Virus record (IMG/VR): IMGVR_UViG_3300028549_003029
Span: 91-64,090 of that record
Source of the DNA: a virus
Strand: one strand, 5' to 3'
DNA length: 64,000 nucleotides
Shown here piece by piece: positions 56,337 to 64,000 of this stretch. The translations under genes were made by a program, and so were the position numbers. The notes beneath the pieces were generated by a model that was given only the letters and a program-made list of their open reading frames with translations, was not told the DNA's origin and ran no database searches. Position 1 is the stretch's first letter. Every line of letters begins with the position of its first letter.

Positions 56337-56579
56337 CTATTCCTTAGCGATAACCTCGTTCTCGTGCAGGAATAAATATCCGGTATCTTTGAACTCTGTG
56401 CCAGAGTATCTGTCGAAGTAGATTTTATCGCCTTCAACGATATGCTTAACGTCTGGACCAACTCCAAGCACGATTGCATATTCTTCTCTTCTCACCAAGT
56501 TCTGAGGTATGATAAGAGCCGTCTTGCTCTTCTCATCAACCTGTTTAACCATCACCCTGTCACCAAGCGGCTTCATCAT
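56337..56579 (-). CDS. groES: GroES/Cpn10 co-chaperonin
   Basis: MKPLGDRVMVK, IIP mobile loop, VLGVGP, GDKIYFDRYSGTE, LHENEVIA. Confidence 0.9.
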   Translation of the reverse strand: MMKPLGDRVMVKQVDEKSKTALIIPQNLVRREEYAIVLGVGPDVKHIVEGDKIYFDRYSGTEFKDTGYLFLHENEVIAKE

Positions 56580-56581
56580 TT

Positions 56582-57277
56582 TTACTCCTTGTAAGCAATT
56601 ACATCTGGCAATTTTCCACCTGAAATATACTTGTCAACAAGGCTTTGTACGGTAGAAAGTGCGCTTGTGTCATTCCCGATCTCACTAATGAGAATTTCAG
56701 TTTCAACACGCATGATCACCTCGTCCATGTTATTAAGCTTTTTCTTGAGCTCGTTTATCTCGTTTCTGGCTTTATCGTACCTGTCTCTGTTGTCATACTT
56801 GCTGGCAATCACCTTGAGCTCTTCATCGGAAAAGCCTACATCGAAAGTGAAACTCTGTGGTTGGATAAAGCTGATGTAACCTGTTTTAAACGTGTAGTGC
56901 AACGTATACGAATAAGGAGCTTCGTCACCTACTCTTCTGATTCTGGCATCAATCACAGATGAAGGCGTTATTATGAAATCGCTAGAGCTTCCATTGCCAA
57001 ACTCTGCTTCAAACTCATCTTCATCAATATCTTCAGGATCAATACTGTGAACATACTCTTGCAATGCAAGGTAAAATTTGTACGCAGCTCTGTTGCCAGC
57101 AAGAGCATCTGAACAGTACGACTCAGATATCTCATGTACCCTTTTATGGAGAGTGTTATCCTCACGATTCAGATCGTCCATGAAACTGTCAAGCTCTTTA
57201 ATGCGGTCGCTGATTTGGATCTTCATTAAATTGCGTGCCACTTTTACAGTTTTGCTAAGCATTGTTTCGTCTGACAT
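56582..57277 (-). CDS. hypothetical coiled-coil protein
   Basis: 231 aa, GGAG SD. Confidence 0.65.
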   Translation of the reverse strand: MSDETMLSKTVKVARNLMKIQISDRIKELDSFMDDLNREDNTLHKRVHEISESYCSDALAGNRAAYKFYLALQEYVHSIDPEDIDEDEFEAEFGNGSSSDFIITPSSVIDARIRRVGDEAPYSYTLHYTFKTGYISFIQPQSFTFDVGFSDEELKVIASKYDNRDRYDKARNEINELKKKLNNMDEVIMRVETEILISEIGNDTSALSTVQSLVDKYISGGKLPDVIAYKE

Positions 57278-57280
57278 TAT

Positions 57281-57583
57281 TTACTCCAGTACACTTTTTA
57301 ACATTTCAATTGTTCTATCAACTTTTCCAGTCTGCGCATAGAGGATGGCAGATCTAATCCGGCCCTCGACAGATATCTCTTCTCTTCCGGTGCCGTTGCA
57401 TAGGTCACACCCTTTTCCGGAACATATCGTGCAAGTCTCTACTCTAACTATCAACGAACCTCCCATTGACCGCTTTTCTGTAGAACACGATCCCACTGTC
57501 CGTGGCGAAATGATGTTTTCCACACAGGTTACACTCAGAAGAATCTCCACCAGGTCTGCACACGGCTTCTCCTCCGCAGTCAC
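57281..57583 (-). CDS. DnaJ-type Zn-finger protein (start uncertain)
   Basis: CTICSGKGCDLCNGTG. Confidence 0.5.
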   Translation of the reverse strand: MTAEEKPCADLVEILLSVTCVENIISPRTVGSCSTEKRSMGGSLIVRVETCTICSGKGCDLCNGTGREEISVEGRIRSAILYAQTGKVDRTIEMLKSVLE

Positions 57584-57725
57584 AATGAGACACTATTACC
57601 GGAGATCCGTTAAGCGATTTTATTAAAAGTCCACATTTACACCCGACAACATCAGTCAAAGGTGTTCCGCACCGAACGCAGTTTGCAAACTTCACCTTCT
57701 TCTTTTTCTTAAATGGCCACTTCAT
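57444..57725 (-). CDS. Cys-rich hypothetical protein
   Basis: CVRCG, CKCG, CDCG, CNLCG. Confidence 0.5.
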   Translation of the reverse strand: MKWPFKKKKKVKFANCVRCGTPLTDVVGCKCGLLIKSLNGSPVIVSHCDCGGEAVCRPGGDSSECNLCGKHHFATDSGIVFYRKAVNGRFVDS

Positions 57726-58105
57726 CTTAGCTCCAAATTCTCGAGAGAGTAGTCCCCCTCGACTTTTGTTATTACCTTCATTCCATACGGTATTTTTCCA
57801 ACGAACGCCTCCCAGACAAGGTCTCGGATCTTCTTCGTCTTCTTCGTTTTTCCGTAGAACACTGACACAGTTCCGTATCGCTCATCGACAAGCTTTAGAG
57901 AACTTGTCTTGCCATCGTTGTCAACCATGACAACGCCTTCTCTTGACACTGTGTACCGCTTCTCTGCATCGACAACCTGGCGAAGTGTCTCTTCAGGAAG
58001 CGTGACCGCTGTAGGCCACTTGAAACCTTTTTTCTTCACGATAGCAATAGCGTCTCTGTAAGACTTTGCCTCAACATCGATCGTTGCTGATATTGCGTAC
58101 TTCAT
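57722..58105 (-). CDS. degenerate NUMOD4/HNH-like protein
   Basis: YTVSREGVV and RDLVWEAFVGKIPYGMKV, but no HNH His/Asn. Confidence 0.55.
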   Translation of the reverse strand: MKYAISATIDVEAKSYRDAIAIVKKKGFKWPTAVTLPEETLRQVVDAEKRYTVSREGVVMVDNDGKTSSLKLVDERYGTVSVFYGKTKKTKKIRDLVWEAFVGKIPYGMKVITKVEGDYSLENLELR

Positions 58106-58153
58106 AAATAGTCCTTAATGCCGTGCAAGAACAATTCCTGCACGTCGTATTAC

Positions 58154-58522
58154 TTAAGAGTCTTTGTAAACTTCTTCACTGTAGTTATTGGGCTTGTTTA
58201 GAGCACTACTTCTGTCTGTTATAACAGAGTACCCTTTGCTGCATTTTACGATTCTTCCGTTGTTTATGTACTCAACTTTTTTATCGTAGCAGTGCGCAAC
58301 GCGATGTCCGTCGCCACCTCCGTGTATGTGGGTACCTCCACAGAACGGGCAGATGGTAGTTTCCGAATTGTCTGAAACGCGGTACAGAATTGGAAACCCT
58401 TCATCGTCATAGTCGCAACGATTACGGATTCTTTCCATGCTTTGCGCCTTTGTTTTTTCCGCCGCCAGCTTCCACAAGCACCTCAAGATCTTCAATGAGC
58501 TTGTTTGAAACTTCTGAGGCAA
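58154..58522 (-). CDS. His/Cys metal-binding hypothetical protein
   Basis: CPFCGGTHIHGGGDGHRVAHC. Confidence 0.55.
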   Translation of the reverse strand: MPQKFQTSSLKILRCLWKLAAEKTKAQSMERIRNRCDYDDEGFPILYRVSDNSETTICPFCGGTHIHGGGDGHRVAHCYDKKVEYINNGRIVKCSKGYSVITDRSSALNKPNNYSEEVYKDS

Positions 58523-59153
58523 TCGGACTTGCGAATGCGCTCATAGAAGCGATATCAAGAGTTCTTCTAGTGAACTCAATGAATTCTACGAGCTCATCCT
58601 TGCTTCTGACCATTAACCCTACATTTACCCCGCCGATTCTGAAAGCGCCCATAGCAATCCTTGATTTGATCGCTCTGAAGATGAGTGTGAACAATTCAGA
58701 CTCGTTTGCAACAACAGATCTGATACTTTTCAAAGTATCAATAAATGCGTCGATCTCATTTTCATTAATGAGTTTGTCCAGCGCTTTTACCGCGACTTTC
58801 TCAGTAACAGTACCAGATAGAATTTCTCCTTCAAGAGCTTCGTACTCAGCTTTTGATCCGTTAACATAATCCATAATAACCTCCTCGTTATCGTTTGTAA
58901 CCTCAATACACAAATCTTCTTCTACCGGGATAGAGGTAATGAAATACCCGATCCGGTTTACCAAGTGATACCCGCTTAATATGTAAGTACCATTATCACC
59001 GTCTGCGTATGTCACTACGCACTTAGGATGTGCACTCAAAACATACTCAAGCTCTTCTCCGAACGTCTCGAACATGACGCCTTCAAAGCTTGCGTTGTTA
59101 TCGATGTGGTTTTCAATCGGTTTGTACACATCAAAAAATTCTTCAAATGTCAT
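58422..59153 (-). CDS. conserved phage hypothetical protein
   Basis: N-terminus FEEFFDVYKPIENH...MFETFGEELEYV resembles a common phage family. Confidence 0.65.
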   Translation of the reverse strand: MTFEEFFDVYKPIENHIDNNASFEGVMFETFGEELEYVLSAHPKCVVTYADGDNGTYILSGYHLVNRIGYFITSIPVEEDLCIEVTNDNEEVIMDYVNGSKAEYEALEGEILSGTVTEKVAVKALDKLINENEIDAFIDTLKSIRSVVANESELFTLIFRAIKSRIAMGAFRIGGVNVGLMVRSKDELVEFIEFTRRTLDIASMSAFASPIASEVSNKLIEDLEVLVEAGGGKNKGAKHGKNP

Positions 59154-59890
59154 TTAGTCTCCCTTTGTGCCATTAATTCAAGAAATTCCTCCTCGGTCAG
59201 AGTTATCGACCGTTTACCGACCGTGTATTTTCGCTTAGAAGTGAACTCTCCGTCTTCAAACTGAACACGGTGCTTCATTTTGAATTCGTGAAACACTCCT
59301 GAGCACGTAGCGATAGACCCTGCATTTGCACCCACATTGACTATGCCTTGGTTACCAATGATTGATACTGTGCAATTTCTGTTTGCAGCAATAGACGATT
59401 CTCTGTGAGCAGATACGATCGACTCGTCACCTGTGTCAATTGACACGTTTGCGAAAGATTTGATTGCACTTCTGTTTCCAGTTACAACTTTTGAATCGCA
59501 CGCTACATGAACGAGGCATTCATCACCAATAGCAACGTCTGCTCCGTCAAGAGTTGACACAAGATTGCCGACACCTTTAATGGCGATCTTGCACTTCTTC
59601 CCGGCTACTATCATAGCGCCATTCATGGCCCCGTTGATATGACAATTGTGCCCAACTGAAACGATATTATTGGCCCCACCAATTGTAATTAGTCTAACGT
59701 AATCTCCACCCTTGATCACATTGTCACTTCCGTTGATAGAAATTGTCGTCATAACATTGCTTCCAATAATGATCGTTGCGCCATCAGCATTCATGAACAA
59801 TGGATTGTCAATATCTGACATTGTTACAACATCACCTTTGCGAGCAACGCCATTAGCAGCTGTTACCGGTTCACCATTTATCTTAACCAT
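59150..59890 (-). CDS. beta-solenoid-like repeat protein
   Basis: regular ~10-aa I/V-x-I-G repeats. Confidence 0.65.
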   Translation of the reverse strand: MVKINGEPVTAANGVARKGDVVTMSDIDNPLFMNADGATIIIGSNVMTTISINGSDNVIKGGDYVRLITIGGANNIVSVGHNCHINGAMNGAMIVAGKKCKIAIKGVGNLVSTLDGADVAIGDECLVHVACDSKVVTGNRSAIKSFANVSIDTGDESIVSAHRESSIAANRNCTVSIIGNQGIVNVGANAGSIATCSGVFHEFKMKHRVQFEDGEFTSKRKYTVGKRSITLTEEEFLELMAQRETK

Positions 59891-60095
59891 TTCTCCACCT
59901 TTGGTAATAAACCCTGTTCATATTCATACTGCTCTCAATCTGAGACTTGAGAACAATATCCTTTTTCGGATCGTACACTTCTTTAAGTCCGAAATACTGG
60001 TCGTACCAGAAATCTCCGCGCTCAGGATATGCGTTAAGCTTTGACGCATACGCTGACATCTCGGCGTAGCTCTTCATCAGAGGATACTGTCTCAT
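59883..60095 (-). CDS. hypothetical protein
   Basis: 70 aa, coupled overlaps. Confidence 0.5.
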   Translation of the reverse strand: MRQYPLMKSYAEMSAYASKLNAYPERGDFWYDQYFGLKEVYDPKKDIVLKSQIESSMNMNRVYYQRWRNG

Positions 60096-60439
60096 GCAAG
60101 AGCCATCAGGTTTTTAAGTTGGAAGTTCTTGTCAAACCCATTCATCTTCTTGAGGAACGAGGCATTATTTCTGTTTACTGCAGCGCTGTAAAACATTGTG
60201 CATCTACACTCCTTTTTGAACGGTTCCCCGTCTGAGAGCCTAATGCATTTCCCGCTAAGTCCGTAAGTTAGGTTACCAACATTTATCACAACGGAATCAA
60301 CAATGATAGCGTTGCAGTCATCCCTTACTTTGAGACCTATCATCTGCCGCTCAACTTCCGGCATCCTTCTTTCGAGGATCTCGATAGAGGCAGCCTTGTG
60401 TCTTGCAAGCTCTGCTTCTAGTTCTTTCCTGATATTCAC
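60092..60439 (-). CDS. hypothetical protein
   Basis: 115 aa, 4-nt overlaps. Confidence 0.55.
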   Translation of the reverse strand: MNIRKELEAELARHKAASIEILERRMPEVERQMIGLKVRDDCNAIIVDSVVINVGNLTYGLSGKCIRLSDGEPFKKECRCTMFYSAAVNRNNASFLKKMNGFDKNFQLKNLMALA

Positions 60440-60789
60440 ATGGCCTCCAATATTTTCATCTCAAGAGCCTTTGAAATCTCATCTGTATTGATATCTCTAA
60501 TCGAGTCATCGAATACAGGCTGGAGATTCTCGATGATGTACGGCTTAAGCTCTTCAGCAGTAAGCTTAACACTCTTGACTCCAGACAAGATGTTTTTCTT
60601 GATAACTTCAGCCAACTCCTCATAGTTTATCCTGTCAACAACAGACTGAGCAAGGTCATCTAAGTCGAGTGAGCTTGAGATCAGATTGACATTCTGAACT
60701 TCATTGACAATCTTATCTTCGAACTCTGATAAGATTCTTTTTTTCTGAGCTTCTGAGAGCTCGTTGTATAACCATTTTTCAATATTCAT
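60436..60789 (-). CDS. hypothetical protein
   Basis: 117 aa, GGAGG SD. Confidence 0.6.
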   Translation of the reverse strand: MNIEKWLYNELSEAQKKRILSEFEDKIVNEVQNVNLISSSLDLDDLAQSVVDRINYEELAEVIKKNILSGVKSVKLTAEELKPYIIENLQPVFDDSIRDINTDEISKALEMKILEAM

Positions 60790-61578
60790 TTAATCCTCCT
60801 CGATAATATTTTGATAAGCGAGATCCCCGTAGAGTTCTCGAGCTTTCTTATTGTAGGCGCGAGCGGCATCTTTCTCGTCAAAGAATGCTCCTAATTCGTA
60901 TACTACGCGGTTTTGGTGTATCCTTGCCCTCCACTTGCTACCTTTTAAATGAACACCTTTGTATATAGATGTTGTAAAAGATTTCTTAGGGCTGTTGTGA
61001 GCAGAAGGGGATGTTGTTTCGCAGAATGAACACGTCCTAGGAGAAAATTCTTTCGAGCCAGCTCTTGTGATATGCATGCCTTCCTTATACCCTGAAGACA
61101 TAGCCCATTCATAAAATGTAAAGAACCTTTTGAATTCTTCACACATTGGGATTCCAAAGTCTTTTGACGCACACTTCATCCCTCTGTATATTTCATGTAA
61201 ACCAGTTCTAAACATCCCGTGCTTATTCCCACAGTGCCAGCATCTTACTGTGGCTCCTTTTTTAAGGTGAGACGAATACTTTCTTTCAACCCTGCCGCAC
61301 TTACACTTTACTATCGCCTTCCTTCTACTACCTCTCTCCTCGTCCATTCCTATAACAGTAAAGTCACCGTAAACTTCACCAGTGATATCACTTCCTGACA
61401 ACCTGCAATTCTTACACCTTAGGTCTCCGACACTCCTTGTAAGCCTATATGTCGATATCCTTTCAACTGTTCCACATTCGCATTTGCATATAGCGTTGTA
61501 CTTATTCCCAACCTTTGTCATTTCAACGACTGTGAACGACCCAAACTTTTCTCCCACTATATCTATTTTAGAACCCAT
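60790..61578 (-). CDS. HNH-AP2 homing-endonuclease-like protein (nuclease site degenerate)
   Basis: two DIxGExF/YGxFTV repeats; FYEWAMSSGY; AP2 domain YKGV...KWRARI...LGAFFDEKDAARAYN. Confidence 0.8.
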   Translation of the reverse strand: MGSKIDIVGEKFGSFTVVEMTKVGNKYNAICKCECGTVERISTYRLTRSVGDLRCKNCRLSGSDITGEVYGDFTVIGMDEERGSRRKAIVKCKCGRVERKYSSHLKKGATVRCWHCGNKHGMFRTGLHEIYRGMKCASKDFGIPMCEEFKRFFTFYEWAMSSGYKEGMHITRAGSKEFSPRTCSFCETTSPSAHNSPKKSFTTSIYKGVHLKGSKWRARIHQNRVVYELGAFFDEKDAARAYNKKARELYGDLAYQNIIEED

Positions 61579-61579
61579 G

Positions 61580-62332
61580 TCAAACCACCTTGTAAGCTTT
61601 CTCTACAACTTCTGCTGTATCAGGACCTCGAAAATGAGGTTCTATAAAAATCCTTTTGTGCCCACCTTTAATAGCCGCATTTTTCCAGTGACCCCTGACC
61701 AAGAATCTAATATTCAGTGAACGAGAACCATCTTTTACTCGAACCGCTTGCCCCTTGTACTTCCGACCAACATAGATCACCTCATTAGAGATAGTTGACC
61801 GCTTCACACCCTTCACCTTCTGTGGCTTTCTATGAGCTCTCTCAAGGTCTGGCTTTTCAGAGGTAAGGTAAAGTATCATGTTTATGATTCCGCTATACTT
61901 CTCGCGGACGTCATGGTAGTTCTCGGAAGCATTAAACCTCATGAAGTCAAGCTTCCCTTCTCCATACATTCTGATCCCGCGGATTACTCCATCGATTTCA
62001 GCAATGCACCACTCTTCAATGATAAGAGCTTTGAACGGAAGTCTGATCTCTGGAATGTCTTTCGGAGTGTCGGTGCTAAAAAGAGCGTCTTTCAATTTAT
62101 CTGAAAAGATGAACTTTTTACCATGAGCTCTAGCGTGGCCGATTACAACAGCCCCGTTCGCAGTAGTTGCTATCTCCATTTCTGAGGCGGTCGGGAAAGA
62201 TGCTACAAGATCAAGGTAAGCATCTCTGTATGACATCATTGTTCCTGACGCCTGAGTCTCGATCGCATTGTAAAAAAACTTTGGATTCTCCCCAGAAGCT
62301 GTCTCTGCCGGTATCCCTTGAAACTCTTTCAT
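61580..62332 (-). CDS. VRGHW-motif phage protein
   Basis: C-terminal FLVRGHWKN...IFIEPHFRGP. Confidence 0.65.
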   Translation of the reverse strand: MKEFQGIPAETASGENPKFFYNAIETQASGTMMSYRDAYLDLVASFPTASEMEIATTANGAVVIGHARAHGKKFIFSDKLKDALFSTDTPKDIPEIRLPFKALIIEEWCIAEIDGVIRGIRMYGEGKLDFMRFNASENYHDVREKYSGIINMILYLTSEKPDLERAHRKPQKVKGVKRSTISNEVIYVGRKYKGQAVRVKDGSRSLNIRFLVRGHWKNAAIKGGHKRIFIEPHFRGPDTAEVVEKAYKVV

Positions 62333-62379
62333 ATTAACTCCATGTTAAAAAAATGGCCCCGGTTTTACCGGAGCCTTGA

Positions 62380-62652
62380 TTATTTAGACATATTCGTCTT
62401 GAGCTGAGCCTGCAGCTCCTCAAACTCAATATCCAGTTGATCCATCTCAAGCTGGTCCTGATCCTGTGCTGGAGCTACTACAACTTCTGGCGCCGGATCA
62501 GGAGCTACAGACGCTAGATCTGCAACTTCGTCTGCACCTTGTGAGAGCTTGGCTCTCATTTTTTCTACTACAACCGCTGAGAATTTTACCACAGCTATCG
62601 ATGTAACAGAGATTGCAACGATTGTTGCGATTGCTTTTCTTGTTGATATCAT
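62380..62652 (-). CDS. small membrane-anchored hypothetical protein
   Basis: hydrophobic N-terminus; GGAGG SD; hairpin terminator at ~62355-62377. Confidence 0.55.
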   Translation of the reverse strand: MISTRKAIATIVAISVTSIAVVKFSAVVVEKMRAKLSQGADEVADLASVAPDPAPEVVVAPAQDQDQLEMDQLDIEFEELQAQLKTNMSK

Positions 62653-62714
62653 TTTTGTCCTCCATGGACTTTTGAATTAGAAAAGGCCGACAAATTTTGC
62701 CGGCCATGTTGAAC

Positions 62715-62960
62715 TTAATCTTTCTTCTTCAGTTTAACCCATTCAGTAGCGTTAGGCCACCAAATGAGATTTCTTTTGCGAAGATCTTCTTCGCACGCTT
62801 TGAAGAGATCCTCACCTAAGAGGCGACGGGCCTCTTGTCTCGCTTCGTAATCCGATGTAGCCACATCGGTTATAGCAGTGAGAACGTCGCCTGCAAATTT
62901 TCCAGCTGCTTTCGCAGATGAAGCGATCCCTGTGCCAATGGCAGAGAAGAAATTACTCAT
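62715..62960 (-). CDS. hypothetical protein
   Basis: 81 aa, AAGGA SD, downstream of extended -10 at 63011-63019. Confidence 0.55.
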   Translation of the reverse strand: MSNFFSAIGTGIASSAKAAGKFAGDVLTAITDVATSDYEARQEARRLLGEDLFKACEEDLRKRNLIWWPNATEWVKLKKKD

Positions 62961-63027
62961 ACATAGTCCTTTGAATAGTAGAAGTCACCATTAACTTCCC
63001 CTTCAATACTATTATACCAGTTTTGCT

Positions 63028-63225
63028 TTAAAAATAACGCCAATAGGCATTTATGAATTTCTTCATATTCTTCATCCTTATGGCTTCTTCTGTAAGCATG
63101 AGATCATCCTTGTGCTTGTAAGGGAGTATTCCGAGATACCACATCTCTGCAAGCTTTCTTCTTGATTTCCTATTAACTATCTTAGCGAACGATATCAATA
63201 CAGCAGCTACAACAATTACTCCCAC
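63028..63225 (-). CDS. small membrane-anchored protein
   Basis: hydrophobic N-terminus. Confidence 0.45.
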   Translation of the reverse strand: MGVIVVAAVLISFAKIVNRKSRRKLAEMWYLGILPYKHKDDLMLTEEAIRMKNMKKFINAYWRYF

Positions 63226-63551
63226 ATTTCCTCCGGCTTTACATACGCTTGAGACATTTCAACGCTATTACTTAACTTGTGGTTATATGTACAAGGAGTG
63301 CAGTCTCTGAACCCATTCTCTGCAACAATACCTCCAGGACATTCCAGCTTGTAGTAATACGGGCAACGGCAGAACATGCAGTTAAACCCTTCTTTCAGAT
63401 CTACACCTTTATGGCAAGGAAAGTGGACACAGTTCCTGTTCTCAAAGTACAGATGACTGAACGGAATACCAGTTTGCTTTTCGCTTCGCTTCTTAAACAG
63501 CTCAGCTCTTTTAGGGTCTTCAAGCGTCCAGTCTTTCACACACATCTCCAA
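63216..63551 (-). CDS. cysteine-rich small domain (zf-like) protein
   Basis: CVHFPCH, NCMFCRCPYY, CPG, RDCTPC...H. Confidence 0.75.
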   Translation of the reverse strand: MEMCVKDWTLEDPKRAELFKKRSEKQTGIPFSHLYFENRNCVHFPCHKGVDLKEGFNCMFCRCPYYYKLECPGGIVAENGFRDCTPCTYNHKLSNSVEMSQAYVKPEEMWE

Positions 63552-63748
63552 GCTTGCTGATAAAATATCACCCAGCTATTAAGGTTCACAGGAGGCATTT
63601 TACCGGTGTTGTAATAATGCATTCCGTAGTAAGTGTGCATTGGATTTGAAGTGTCAGACTTTGCAGCGCTTTGCTGTTTTACGTCTCCACCTTCTCGTAT
63701 TGTTATCCCTGTCTTCTTCGCGAAATCTGCAAGTTTTTGACTTGTCAT
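63536..63748 (-). CDS. hypothetical protein
   Basis: 70 aa, AAGGA SD. Confidence 0.5.
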   Translation of the reverse strand: MTSQKLADFAKKTGITIREGGDVKQQSAAKSDTSNPMHTYYGMHYYNTGKMPPVNLNSWVIFYQQAWRCV

Positions 63749-64000
63749 AAATTTATCCTTTCAAAAAATTAATATATATTCTAAAAAAATGGGAGATAAG
63801 AAATGTAGCTATCAATTTCCGAAGAAACATTGCCATCTATGATGTCGATACTTCTTCACTATGATTTCGTTTTGACCAGAGTTGTCGTCGGAGCTTATCG
63901 AGAAGGTAAAAAAGAATTTTTCTTTAATGAATAGAGCCGGATTACCCGGCTCTACCATTATAGATTGCTACTTGATAGAGTCATACTCTTCAAGTAGGGC

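Noticed and set aside
1-64000. CRISPR or other long spacer/repeat array, including near the RT
   Set aside because: I saw no regularly spaced direct repeats; the RT neighbourhood is almost fully coding.
1-64000. Alternative genetic code (TAG/TGA recoding)
   Set aside because: Long marker genes are intact under the standard code, and TAG/TGA end genes right before the next SD or start (e.g. 17519, 18614, 29319).

Overview
The window is a 64 kb segment of a large lytic, contractile-tailed dsDNA bacteriophage. It uses the standard genetic code, has Shine-Dalgarno sites, and shows no integrase or host genes. Two plus-strand blocks (9461-23715, 28327-50806) encode a 2055-aa single-chain beta/beta' RNA polymerase, an SNF2 helicase, a GH108 lysozyme, terminase large subunit, HK97-type prohead protease, scaffold, major capsid, neck, sheath and tube. 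Many plus-strand proteins share a K-[ILVTN]-A-[S/E] motif, which I infer is a maturation-protease site. Minus-strand blocks (1-9387, 23728-28293, 50941-64000) hold small early-type genes, a DinG-like helicase, a DEDDh exonuclease, dUTPase, GroES and many Zn-finger proteins. The most notable locus is a minus-strand operon at 25177-28293. It encodes a virion-type protein, a DHH phosphoesterase, a retron-type reverse transcriptase with a Cys-rich insertion and a 60-aa amphipathic peptide, followed by an 83-nt four-stem non-coding RNA placed downstream of the RT and a terminator. All assignments come from motifs read by eye; no database searches were run.
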